From positions 744,001 through 808,000 of the forward strand of contig CBFDEM010000051.1 of assembly GCA_965603825.1 (NCBI GenBank): DNA of 64,000 nt. The letters are read 5' to 3'. Position numbers and translations under genes: made by a program. Every line of letters begins with the position of its first letter. Within the stretch, counting starts at the first letter, position 1. Below, in pieces: positions 13,401 through 27,700 of the stretch. The DNA comes from Blepharisma stoltei ATCC 30299. Lineage: Eukaryota > Protista > Ciliophora. The notes beneath the pieces are model-generated. The model was not told where the DNA came from, did no database searches, and saw only the letters and a program-made list of their open reading frames with translations.

Positions 13401-13561
13401 AGATGCCAGGGAAGAAAAATCTAAAGAGGCTGGAGACGGAATTAAATTTTTTAAATAAATATTATTGTTTGCTTTTCATGCACTAAATTAAAAAATAGCT
13501 CCTAGAATTCTCTGACTTCTTATTTAAAAATTTTTATAATGAATTGATTTAATAAAAATAA

Positions 13562-16500
13562 TTATTTATTTGGCATTTTAGTTTTTAAACTTGCAGATCT
13601 AAAAGGTGGGGAATCTGCATCCTCATTTGTGCGATCAAAATCGTTCATCACCGTTTTATAGATTTCTCCTGGAAAATATTCTTCTACGCTGACATCCTTA
13701 ACTCCCTTTGTGGATTCTAATTTATTTTCTACGACACGCAAAAATAATTTTCTCATATCCATATTTAGCATGCTTTCCAACTCTACATCAGCAGGTAACG
13801 CTGACATTGGGTCCTCGTTTGCAATGATAGAAAAATATTTTTCTCCTTGCTTTACTTTGACATGATTTAGCTCAGATTTTTCAAAAATTTCGTCACTGAA
13901 CCCATCCATGACTTTCCGGCTGAATCTTTTTCGTAAGCACGGAATTAAATCAGATAAGATTTGGAAGCCAGCTCCAAACATTTTTTTAAGCCAATAATAC
14001 AGGAAATATATATTTACAGCACAGATCAAAATAAAGAAAACAGTTTTTGATACAGAATCTAAAGAGCCAGTCAAGTAGTAAAGTCCACAATATATTGTAA
14101 CAGCAGCTACTAAAATTGACCGAATTTCCATTTCATTTAAAACATTACCATCATAAGGCTGCGTCACATTTTGGAAGTAAAGGCAAAGTAAAAGCAGCAT
14201 CATGACAGTTAATGCTTGGATGCTTGTATTGACATTCGCTAAAAATACAGAGCAGCATACAATAAGGATTTTTCTATATAAAATAACAAATTCCCAATAA
14301 TAAGATTTTGCTTTATACCCGTTGAAAAGAAACCCAAACTGAAGCCTGACACTAATTGAGTCTAATTTTCTTTTATTTCTTCATAGAAAATATAAAGAAA
14401 CAGTCGGAATACCGATTCCTCATACTATAATAGAAGGCACTGCAACTGTCAAAGAATAAAATACATGTCTGCTATTCCAGCATCGAATGTCTAAATCTTG
14501 CACAAGCCAGTACTCTCCTTCGTCAATTTCTCTACAGGAAAACACAGCAAACATAGACTTTACTAAATTTGGGTGGAAAAGAAACAGCAAAATCACAATG
14601 GTAGAAATTAAATCATTTTTAAATGATTTTAAAGTCTTTTTGTAAATTGCTACAGATCCTCAGAATATAACTGATACTAATGCTATAATTGTAGGGATTA
14701 TGCTCATAATAATAAGTTTATTGAAATAAACTTGGTCATTACCTTGGCCTGTGTCTAAAAAGCAGTCAAAAGAAAAAACCTGTTCACTTACTGATCCTGT
14801 GTCATTTTGTATAGAAAAGAGTTGGGTCACACTGGATGGCCATTGCAAGTCAAAAGTAGTCACGAGCATCACAATTTGTAAATAATTCACAAAAATCTTT
14901 ATATATATTGACTGCACTGACTTCGGCTTGTAAGCAGAATTCCTGGTCGTTTTTACCATTATTCCACATATAAGAACTACAGCAAGCATTATTCCAATTA
15001 CTTTAAAAGCATTAGAAACTGCATCTGGACATTTTCCGCAAGTATTTGTGCTGGTTCTCGAATAGCCATTTTCGCATGCCTGACACAAATTTCCTGTATA
15101 TCCTTCATGGCAAAGTCCAGTAAAAGATAGATTAGGAGGCTGTGGAGATCCTAAGCAAGCTGAATATTTTGGACAGGCAAGAAAATTCTCTGACATATTG
15201 CTCGACCTTCAATACCCCTTTTGCGGAACAATAGTATAGTTTCCATAACAAGTAGCTGAATGTGAAGGACAAGCTAAACACTGAGTGTAAGTAGGGTCTA
15301 AGCAATAATACCCAGCCCCGCAAACGTCACAATTAACCCCTACAGTGGCTTCTCCTATTATGCATAAGCGAAGAGTAACATCAATAGTTACTGAAGGAAT
15401 AAATGTGACATTTGCAGATATTTTAGACGCTTTTGTGGTGTCTATGCCAGTAGACGTTGTTTTTATAGAAACACTTGTCCCTGGTTTCGCTGAGACTATA
15501 AAACTGTCGAAATAGTATATACCTTTAACAGCAGTTGTTTTAGTGGTTCCAGATAAGGTTGTAGAGGTTGAATCTTCAGGGAAAAGCTGTGCAGTGCTTG
15601 AGCTATCTGTTGCTACAATGTTTCCATAATAATCCACTAGTGCCAAGGTTATGCTCTTAGTAGTAGTTTGACCAGATGCAATCCCAGAAATAGAGGTCAC
15701 TGTCGGAATGTCATCTAGCCTTCTATTGTATTCAACTAGATTCCCATTTTTATCTACAGCCATCAATTTTATTGCAAATGAAGAAATTTCAGGTGCATAA
15801 GAAGCTTTATTATCTTTAAACGTATTCCCATAAGCTATAGGAAACACATCTATTCAGTTTATGCCTCCTCCATTATATTTAGCATAATTTTCTGTAAAGC
15901 TGTTATAGGTAATATTAAATACACAAGTCGTAAAATCTGAGCAAGCTAAATTTATTCCACCCCCATTTCCAGTAGCAGGGGTAGTTCCCACAATTTCGCT
16001 AGTCGTATTTGCGATATTTCCTACAAATTCAGAAGAGGATACATTTAAACTGATATCGTTTGTGTATATTCCACCTCCTAATGATGCTGAATTATTCCAA
16101 AATGATGATTGCTTTATGATATAAGGATTTTCTATTTCTGTGTCACTTGATGTAGATAAATAAATGGCTCCACCAGTATCTGCAGTGTTTTCTTGAAAAT
16201 AGCAGTTATATAAATAGACTGATATACAAGAAATGCAAGTTAATGAGCCTCCATTGGTGCCAATCCCATTATAAAATTTTGAATTTTTTATAGTAACTGA
16301 ATTCATTTTAGATCCATAAATAGCGCCTACCTTGTAATTTTTCATAATCGTGCTATCAATAGTCAGGTCACTTTCATAGCCAATTATCACTCCCCCCACA
16401 TCCTTGCTATACGAATTATAAAATGCGCTATTATATATCACTAAAGTGCTGCTTGAATAAGACAGAATGACCCCACCTCCTCCATTTTTGGCACTGTTTG

Positions 16501-19500
16501 TATTAAAAGTCCCATTATAAATATTCACAGTACTGGAAATAGAAAAAATAGACCCAGCTGAGTTTGTACTTGTTCCACCTGTAAAAGTTGTGTTAGAAAC
16601 AGTCGCTGTGCTTTGAGTAGTCGCATATATAAAACTTCCTTGGTCTCCATTTTGACTTGAAAAGGCAGAGTTAGATATTGTAGCTTGTGAAAGTGTTAAA
16701 AGGATTCCTGGGGTAATATATGACGCGATATTTTGGGTTATAGTAGATGATTCAATGTTTATAAAAGAGTCAAGAAGAGCAATAGTAGCTTCATTTGTGG
16801 AATTATTATAAGTAATATTAGAGTCCAAAATGATAGAGATTGGAGTAGTTGACCCTAGCATATATATAGCAGATCCTTTATCAGCACATTTATTTCCTTT
16901 AATATAAGATTTTGTGATGTTAAAAAACGATTTCTGCTCACTAAAAATAGCTCCACCTGAACCTTTTGCTGTATTCCCTATAAATGTGCAGCCTACACAA
17001 TAAAATTTAGAACCTGATCCTGCAGAAACAGCTCCTCCATCTGAAGACACTTGATTATAAGAAAAAATTGTATTTTCGCATACAGCAAGTGAGGCATCAA
17101 GCATTTTTACTCCTCCTGATGGACTTCCAACGTTATAAGTTAGTTCGGAGTTTGTATCTTCCCAATGGTCATAATCTAGTGTTATAGGTGTTGCTGCATT
17201 ATTTGTAAATTTACAAGAGTCAGTAATAAGGTAAGAATAAACATCAGAATTTGTCATATAAATGACTGCAAGGCCACTATTTTGGATAAAATTACCTGAT
17301 TCTATTGTAAGTCTTGAATAGTAGCTAGTTGGCTCAGCTGCAATTTCTAAATGCAAAGATGAGCCAAGTCTTCCTATATTTGAAGTAAATTCACAATCTG
17401 AAATAAGAAAAGTTCCACTTAAAAAATAGAGTGCGATGGCTCCTGATGTTGTTGAATTATTTTGTATAAAGCTAGAAGAAACAATGGATGAGTTGCTATT
17501 TTGATCAAGATTTACTGTGCTATCTATATAAATAGCAGCTCCATAACTGCCATAATTTTGAGTGAATATTGCATTTTTTAATGCAAAACTAATTATGTTA
17601 TATACAACCCCCGTGTTTTCTATGTAAATGGCTCCACCTGGAGATATTAATGCGTAATTAAAAGTAAAATTGCAGGAATCTATTGAAACTGTCATAATTG
17701 CAGCAGCTGACTGCTGAATATATAATGCCCCGCCTTTTGTATTTGCTGTATTATTGATAAATGAACTATCTGATATAGAAATAGATATGCCAGAAAACAA
17801 GATTGCTCCAGCATTATTCACATAATTATTAGTAAAAACAGTCTTCTCAATACTCAATGCTAAAGTGCTACCTTTAGCATAAACCGTCCCATAGGCTTGG
17901 CCTGCATTATTTATATTTCCTTTCACTGTCGAGTCTGATATATCAGTTTGATTCCCCCCATTTATATACAAAACAGTGGGATAATCTGTGGATTTGCCTA
18001 TATTGGTATCAAAAATTACATTATCAAAAACTGTTATATTTGAGTTTGTTAGTAATAAATAAGGTGTCGACGCTGATGCGAGATTTTCTTCAATTTTTGA
18101 ATTTTTAATTGTAAGTTTTATCATTTGGTTCATAGATGCCAAGGAAGAAAAATCTAAAGAGGCTGTAGACGGAATTAAGTTTTTTAAATAAATGTTAGTG
18201 TTTGCTTTTCACGTGCTAAGCACAATACTATTCACTGTATTGCTAGTAGCTCCATTTGAAGTCATACTTATATTGTTTAAATTCAAGTTTACAAGTTTTG
18301 TAAAATCCCACATTCCTGAGCCTCCTGAATTATTATTTATAAATTTTATAGTATCCCAGCTAAAAGTTCTATATCGTTCATAAGCATTGACTTTATTTCC
18401 GTTAGATGCTGCTACAATTGAAGTTTGGCCAAAAATATATTGGTTTAAAATAACGTAGTTAAAAATATACACTAATGCCCCTTTTTCTGCGCCGTTGCAT
18501 TGCATTGTTATATTATTTCAATAAATATTCTGCAGCTCAGTTTGGTATTGAGCTGCGAAAATCCCATAATAATACCCATAATTATATGAAAATAATGTAT
18601 CTTCAATAACCACATGATCAATCAGATAGTCAGTAACTCGACTCTGAGTATCTAAAGTTGATTTTAGATCAAGATTGTTTGACTTTAAATAAATCAAGGC
18701 AGAGTATACCACATTATAAGAAAACGTGCAGGATTCTATTTTTAGAGTCCTAAAAATTTCTAAATAAATTAAAGAGTCATCATTTGCCATTGATGAAGAA
18801 TAAACAGCATTATTTGCAAAAGTCACCTTGACAATAGAAATATCCTGGCCTCTAGAAACTCTTAAAAATCCTTTAAGTGTTATGGATGAAGAATACTCAA
18901 AGCCATTGTTTAGCCTTGTAACGCTGCCTCCGCTATAAATGAAATACCCACATCCATAAGTATACCCAGAGCTTCCTTGGCAATCTTGCAATACAACTGC
19001 AGCGGACCCTGAGCTTGGATTAGTCCTGATATTGTCAAAATTTACATCATAGAGATTAACAGCTCCTCCAGTGTTTAAAATAATCGAGTTTTCTTCCATT
19101 CTTCAGTTATTAAAGGTGATATTAATAAGTTTAAGAGTCGTTCCACTGACAGCTTCAATTAAATTTCAATTGTGAAAATTTTGGCATTGGCTTGAATCAG
19201 TAAAATTTACTATTGAATTTCCTCTGTCATCTTTATAGCTTCCATCAAATTGTTTAGTCACAGATGGACAATATGAGCAATAGCCATCTAAACAGCTATT
19301 TCGCCCATGAACCCATTCATTTCCATCAAAAATCATATTACTTATAGTCATCAATTCAGTGTTTTGTGTAGTAATAGTCATGATATTTCAGTCAATCTTT
19401 GGTTTAAGATATACAATGCTGTTATTTTCTGTAGTAATTGTTAAGCTTTTTCTGTGAGTTTGAGAATTATAAGGTTTTGTGCTATCAGGCGCCACAACTG

Positions 19501-21004
19501 ACATGATATTTGTTTTATTCAGCTGGGTCAAATAATGAACTCCATCATTAAGTAATATAACAACTGAATATTTATTGTTTATAGCTGTTAAGGCAAGTGA
19601 TAATGACTCGAATGGATTTTCTAAGGTTCCATTTCCTCCAGCTTGGTCACTTGTTGTGAGCGATGTCACATAATAATAACTCGGGCTCGCCGCTGTAGAG
19701 TCATCATCATTAGACAAACATAGAGGATAAGAGCCTGCTATTGATTTAGCTGTATATCCACAAGGACAAGTTTTTAAACAATACCCATAAAATTGAAATG
19801 AATTCATAGTGTCGCACATATAGCACTGTCCATCATTTTGACCATAGCAGGATTTGCAATTTCTATCATGGCAACGAGTATTCGCTTCAGGTTGACAGCT
19901 AAGCCAAGAATATGCACAGGATTTGGTATCACAATTTTGAACACAGGTATTCTGGCTACTTAATAGCATTTCTGTATTACAGTTTTGGCCTGCGCAATCA
20001 CTGAGTTTTTGAATAGTTGATAAATCGTTATTCACAAGCTGTAAATGCATATAAAACAGCATCAAATTTGAATTTTGGCATTGCTCAGTTGTATCTGAGC
20101 TGAATTGGTCATAATAGCAATCTGCAGTCATGCACTTCTCATCGCATTTCCCATAATTTGTATGATTGCAACCTAAAGCACATTGGCAATCATTCCCATC
20201 ATAATCACAGCTTGAAACTCAGCAGGCGTCTTGGCAAACTCCATCACTTACGTTTGCATAAAAGCAGCCACTACTACAGTCTCCACAAGTGTAAGCATCA
20301 TACTTACAAGCAGCGTTATTGCACGCTGAATCACATTTACTATTGTTTAGCATGGCAGCTGTGCAGCCAGGAGCACAGTCACAATCTGTTCCATCATAAT
20401 TACAATCTGCAACATAACAGACTGAATTGCAGACTCCATCGTTTATCATTCATGAAAAACAGCCATCTGCACATGTGCTGTTATCACAGTCTCCAAAGTC
20501 ATAATTACAATCAGCGTTATTGCAAGAATTATCACACTCCCCATTTCCTAAAAGATCAGATGTACAATTTGTGCTGCATTCTTTGCATTGACTTTCACCG
20601 TAATAGCAGCTAGCTGCATTGCACACTGAATAGCAAACATTTCCAAGCATGTCATTATAGCCTGAATAAAAATTACAGCCATCTGCACAATACCCACAGT
20701 CTCCTAAATCTCAACCACACTTAGCATTATCACAAGCACTGTCACAGGTTCCATCTCCTAATAAAGCAGGATTACAACCATTATAATAAACGCAATCAAC
20801 ATAGCAGTCAGATTTAGTAAAATCATAATCTCCTGTCGCAGCTGCTGCGTCAAAATTGCAATATTCAGTCATGCAGTCTGTATCACAGTAGCCGTCTCCT
20901 TTCTAAGTCAAAATTACATAGGAATCTGGGCACCAATTCTTGTTACAAGTTATATTCAAAGAATTAGCAAAAGGTAAGAAAGCAAACGCAAGTAGGGAAA
21001 TCAT
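13562..21004 (-). CDS. Giant LNR / beta-helix / multi-TM surface protein, copy C (~2475 aa; intron 20903-20917)
   Basis: ATG at 21004 (MISLLAFAFLPFANS). Track fragments are in one frame, joined by TGA=Trp. Collinear with copy A. Confidence 0.9.
20903..20917 (-). other. 15-nt intron (GTAATTTTGACTTAG)
   Basis: GT..AG, 15 nt, homologous position, in-frame TAG. Confidence 0.92.
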
Positions 21005-21741
21005 TTTATTATTATATGAAATATAACCGAGCCCATTTTATAAAAGAGGTAAAAAGTTCAGTAGTCATGAGTAGACAAAATTTTAAAACCTTAATTGGTA
21101 AGTATTTTACAAAAAAAAATATAAATTCGCTATTAAATAATCAATCCTCGTAGTTTTGGAGAAATTTTTAAATAGTTCTAAATAACAAATAGCCTTATCA
21201 ATAGTCCAAGCATAAAAGGCTCTCATCAATATTAATACCATATAAATAAAATTCTCCTAAACATACAACTAAAGAGCTCGTATATTATCTTAGTGATTAA
21301 TTGCCAAATAAACTAAATTATATAGGGCAAATTTTAATTGCAAGTATAAGTATAAGTATAAGTAATTGAAATCAGATTAGTCACAAATAATAGAGCTATT
21401 AGATCTATTTGCCCGAAAAACCTTGCAAACATAATAATTATACTTATAAGCAAAACTAAAAGAATTTACTTCTAAAAAGGAAAATTGAAATCTCATCAGT
21501 ATTTTTTAAAAAAATTGAGTTTTCAATCTTTTATGAAGCTAAAAGTCATTGAAAATTTTTATTAAGGTTTAGGTATTTATTGAAAAGAAAGGATGAAAAT
21601 CACCTTTTACGAATTTTTTAATAAAAATTAAGAAATATTTAATGCCTATGTCTAGAACTGGCTGCATAATAGCAATCTAACTAATTTTTTTATATTTTTG
21701 CAAAGAAAATATATTTTCATGATCAAGCAAAATAAAAGTAG

Positions 21742-24700
21742 TTATTTACTTGAGTTTAATTGAAAGCTCACAGAGCCAGAAACTGGAAGAGGCCCTGACC
21801 AATCTCCTGTGATGCGGTCAGACCATGTATAGTGATTTTCATAAGAAATATCATTATTAGTCTCTTCATTTTTTGTTTCCTTGGTTTCCTTTGTGAAGCT
21901 GCTATTGTTTTCCATCACATTCAAAAATAAAGTTTTCATGTCCATATTTAGCACCTTTTCTAAATCCTCATCAACAGGCAATGACGACAATGGATCATCA
22001 TTTGAAATCATCGAAAAATATCTTTCTCCTTGCCTGGTTTTAATATGGTTTAATCCTGCTTTTTCGAAAATATCGTCACTGAACCCGTCCATTACTTTTC
22101 GACTGAATCTATGCCTTAGACATGGAACTAAGTCACTTAAGACTTGCAAACTAACCCCGAACATTTTTTTAAGCCAATAATAAAGGAAATAAATATTTGC
22201 TGCACAGATTAAAATAAAAAAAATAGTTTTTGAATAAAAATCTAAAGATCCAGTCAAGTAATAAAGCCCACAATATATTGTAACAGTCGCAACCAAAATT
22301 GACCGAGTTTCCATCTCATTTAAAGCATTTCCGTCATAAGGCTGCACGATGCTTTGGGAGTAAAGGCAAAACAAAAGCAGCATCATGATAGTAAGTGCTT
22401 GAATACTTGTAGAAATATTTGCTAAAAATACTGAACAACAAACAATAAGGATTTTTCTATATAAAATGACTAATTCCCAATAATAAGATTTTGCCTTATA
22501 TCCATTAAAAAGAAATCCAAATTGAAGTCGGACGCTTATTGAATCTAAGCGTCGCTTGTTTCTTCAGAGAAAATATAAAGAAAGAGTTGGAATTCCGATT
22601 CCTCAAACTAAAATAGAGGGAGCTGCAACAGTTACTGAATAAAATATGTGTCTATCATCCCAACACCTAATATCTAAATTATCTATAAGTCAATATTCTC
22701 CTTCTTCTATTTCTCTACAAGAAAACATCGCAAACATAGATTTAACTAAATTTGGATGATAAAGAAAAAGTAAAATGACAATAGTGGAAGTCAAATCATT
22801 TTTAAATGATGTTAAAGTCTTTTTATAAATTGCCACAGATCCTCAGAATAAAACTGATATAATTGCTATAATTATAGGAATAATACTCATTATAACAAGC
22901 TTGCTGAAGTATACTTGGTTATTTCCTTGGCCTTCATCTAAAAAGCAGTCATAAGAAAAAAATTCTTGACTCACTGATCCAGTATCATTCTGAACTAAAA
23001 AAAGCTGGGATACACTTGAAGGCCATTGCAAATGAAAAGTAGTCATTAGCATAACAAGCTGCAAATAGTTAACAAAAATCTTTATATATATTGACTGCAC
23101 TGATTTTGGCTTATATGCAGAATTTCTGGTTGTTTTTACCATTACTCCTCAAACAATTACCATAACTAATACTATTCCTATCACTTTAAAAGCATTAGAA
23201 ACTGGGTCTGGACATTTTCCACAAGTATTAGTGCTTGTTCTTGAGTAACCACTAGCACATGCTTGGCATAAATTTCCTGTATAGCCTTCATGACAAAGTC
23301 CAGTAAAAGAAAGATGAGGGGGCAATGGAGATCCTAAACAAGACGAAGGCTTAGGGCATTCCATAAAGTTATCTGACATATTATGTGGTCTTCAATATCC
23401 TTTTTGTGGTACAATAGTATAATTTCCATAACAAGTTGCTGAATGCGATGGGCAAGCTATACATTCAGTGTTTGTAGGATTTAAACTATAGTATCCAGGT
23501 CCACAAACTTCACAATTAACACCTATAGTAGCTTCTCCTACTATACATAGCCGAAGTGTTACATCAACCTTTACAGAAGGAATAAAAGCTGTATCAGTCG
23601 AAGCTTTTGACTGTTTTGAGGTATCTATACCTGCCGACGTTATTTTTATAGAAATGCTTGTTCCTGGCTTAGCTGAGACTATGAAGGTTGTGAAATTGTA
23701 TAATCCATTAACAGCTGTCGTTTTTGTGGTCCCTGATATTGTTGTCGAAGTTGAATCCTCAGGGAAAAGTTGGGCTGTGCTTGAGCTATCAGTTGATACA
23801 ATATTTCCATAATAATCAACTAGTGCTAGTGTTATATTTTCAGTTGTTATTTGGCCAGATGCTATATTTTCAATTGAGGTTACAGTAGGTATCTCCTCAA
23901 GTTTTCTATAATTTATTAAATGTCCATTTTTATCTACCGCCATCAATTTTATTGCAAATGAAGAAATTTCTGGAGCATAAGCAGCTTTGTTATCACTAAA
24001 CGAATTTCCATTTGTTATTGGGCAAATATCTTCCCAATTTATTCCTCCCCCATTATATTTGGCATAATTAAGTATAAAGTGGTTATAGGAGATATCAAAT
24101 ATACAAGTTGAAAAATCTGAGCAGGCCAAATTTAATCCTCCCCCATTTCCAGCTGAAGGGCTAGTTCCTACAAATTCGCTAGTCGTATTTGCGATATTAC
24201 CTACAAATGTTGATGAGGATGCATTTAAACTAATATCATTTGTGTAGATTGCACCTCCCAAAGATGCTGAATTATTCCAAAATGATGAATCTTTTACGAT
24301 GTAAGCATTGCTTATTTCTGTGTCACTTGATGTTGATAAATAGATAGCTCCACCTATTTCAGCAGTGTTTCCTTGGTAATAGCAATTGTATATATGCACT
24401 GATAAACAAGAAATACAAGTTAATGAGCCTCCATTGGTGCCATACCCATAATAGAAATTTGAGCCTTTTATAGTAACTGAGTTCATTTTTGATCCATAAA
24501 TAGCCCCAATCCTATAATTTTTCATAACTGTGTCGTAGATTTCTAAATCACTTTCGTAACCGATTATCACCCCTCCTACATCTTTACTATATGAGTCATA
24601 AAATCCGCTGTCTTTTATAAGCAAAGTGCTGCTTGAGTATGACAGAATAACTCCGCCTCCTCCACTTTTGGCACTATTTTTATTAAAAGTGCCATTATAT

Positions 24701-27700
24701 ATATTCACAGTACTCGAAATAGAATAAATAGCCCCTGCTGAGTTCGAGCTTACCCCATTTGTAAACGTGGTGTTATAAATATCAGCTGTGCTTTGTGTAG
24801 CTGCATATATAAAGCTGCCTTGATCTCCACTCTGGCTAGAAAATTCAGAGTTTGCTATAGTTGCCTGTGAAAGAGTCAAAAGGACTCCGGGAGTAATAAA
24901 AGATGCGATATTTTGAGTTATAGTTGATGATTCAATGTGTATAGAAGAATCAAGGAGAGCAATGGTAGCTTCATTTGTCGAATTATTATAAGAAATTATG
25001 GAGTCTAAAATCAAAGAAATAGGAGTACTTGACCCTAGCATATAAATGGCTGATCCTTTATTGCTGCACTTATTCTCTTTTATATAAGATTTGGTGATAT
25101 TAAAAAATGAATTCTGCTCAATGAAAATTGCACCGCCTGAAATGTTAGCTGTATTCCTTGTAAATGAGCAAGCCATACAGTAAAACTTAGAGCCTGATCC
25201 TGAAGAAACTGCACCTCCACTTTTAATTGCTTCATTATTAGAAAAAATTGTATTTTCACATTTAATAAGCGAAAAATCATTAAATCTGGCTCCCCCTGAA
25301 AATTTTCCTACATTATTTGTAAGCACAGAATTTGTATCCTCCCAATAATCATAGTCTAGCTCTATTGGTGTAGCAGTATTATGTGAAAATATGCAGTTAT
25401 TAGTAATAATGTGTGAATACATATCAGAGTTTGTCGCATAAATTACTGCTTGGCCTGAATTTTCAGTAAAATTAGTCGACTCTATTGTTAATCTTGAATA
25501 CCAGTCCTTTGACTCAGATTTAATTTCTACATGCAGAGATGCACCCAATCTTCCTGTATTTGAAGAAAATTCACAATCTGAAATAAGAAAAACTCCACCT
25601 AAAAAATAAAATGCAACAGCTCCAGAATCGCTTGAATTATTTTCGATAAAAGTTGAAGAACTAAGTCATGAGCTGCTATTTTGATCAAGTATAACAGAGT
25701 TATCTATATAAATTGCAGCTCCATAAGTAGCACAATTTTGAGAAAAATTTGAATCTTTTATTGAAATAGTAGCCACGTTAGTTAAAAAACCAGTGTTTTC
25801 CATATAAATTGCCCCTCCTGAGAACATTGTTGCCCAATTATTGAAAAAATTGCATGAATTTATTGAGACTGACATAAAACTAGTTTCTGTTTGCTCAATA
25901 AATATCGCCCCTCCTTTTAAAGGTGAAAAATTATAGCTAAAATCATCATTTTCTAGCAAAAGAGATTTTCCAGAAAACAAAAGTCCTCCAGCATTTAATC
26001 TTCAATTTGTGTCTTGAATTTGCATGGCTAATATATTTCCCTTGGTATAAACAGTCCCATAACCTTCATATGCCAAATTCATATTTGCATATACTTTTGA
26101 GCTTATAATATCAGTTTGATTGCCTCCATTTATATACAAAATAGTTGGATAATCCGTTGAGTTGCCTAAATTGTGATCAAAAGTCACATTATTTAAAAGT
26201 GTAATATTTGAGTTATTTATCCATAAGAAAGGTGTGGATAGAGTTGCAGAATTATGAATGATTTCTGAGTCTCCAATAGTTAGGTTTATTAGAGTATTCA
26301 TAAATGCTAAGGATAAAAATTCTAAAGAGGCTAGAGATGTGATCAGGTTTTTTAAGTAAATATTGGGATTTGCTTTTCATTCAGAAAATACTAAGCTGTT
26401 TACCGTGTGTTTTGTAACTCCATTTGAATTAATGCAAACCCTGCTTAAGTCCAAATTTACAAGTTTTGTAAAATCTCACATTCCTGAGCCTCCTGAGCTA
26501 TTATCGATGAAATTTATCAAATCCCAATAAAAGCATCTATTAGTTTTATAAGCATACACTTTATTTCCATTAGAAGCTGTTGCAATAGAATCCTGGCCAA
26601 AAATATAATTATCAAGGATAACTGCATTTGATATATAGACTAATGCTCCTTTTTCGGCACAGTTATACTTAATAGTTACATTTTTTCAATAAATATTCTG
26701 CAGCTCAGTTTGGTATTGAGCTGCAAAAATTCCATAATAAAACCCATAATTATATGAAAACATTGTGTCTTCAATAGTCACATGTTTCATAACATAATCT
26801 TCTAATTCATTCTGAGAGTTTATCGTCGATTTCAGCTGAAGAGTTGTAGGCTTTAAATAAATCAAAGCTGAGTACACCACATTATAAGAAAAAATGCAGG
26901 AATAAGTTGTGAGAGATCTAAAAGTTTCTAGATAAATTAATGCATCATCAGCTGCATTTGAAGAAGAATAAACAGCGTTATTTTCAAAAGCCACTTTTAA
27001 AAAATACACAGCTTGAGCTTTAGCTGCTCAGAAAAATCCTTTTAGTGTCAGCGATGAAGAGTATTCAAAGCCATTATTCAGTCTCGTAACTCTTCCTCCA
27101 CTATAAATAAAATCCCCACAGCCATAAGTATGTACAGAAACATTATAGCAGTTTTCAAATACAACAACAGCAGATCCTGAACTAGGATTCGTCCTTATAT
27201 TATCAAAATCAACACTATAAAGTCCAATGACCCCTCCACTATTAAAAATCAGCGAATTTTCTTCCATTCTTCAATTATTAAATGTAACATTGTATAGCTC
27301 CAATGTAGTATTGCTTAAAACCTCAAATAAATTTCAATCATGGAATTTCTCACATTGGCTTGAATCTGTAAAATTAGTTATTTTATTTCCTCTATCATCC
27401 TTATAGCTTCCATCAAATTGCAGATCCACAGATGGGCAATATGAGCAATACCCATCTAAGCAGTTGTTGTGACCATGAACCCATTCATTTCCATCAAAAA
27501 TGACATTGCTTATACTTAAGTAAGCAGTGTTTAGAGTCGCAATAGTTATTATATTTCAGTCAGGCTTAGGCTTGAGGTATACAGTGTTGTTATTTTCTGT
27601 AGTTATTAATAAGCTTTTTCTTTGAATTTGAGAATTGAAAGGTCTTTTAGAGTCTGTTGAGGTAATTCACATGATATTTGTTTTATTCAACTCAGTTAAA

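Noticed and set aside
21342-21364. (AAGTAT)x3+ microsatellite
   Set aside because: Short simple repeat, not a heterotrich telomere repeat (C3TAACA type); expected in AT-rich intergenic DNA.
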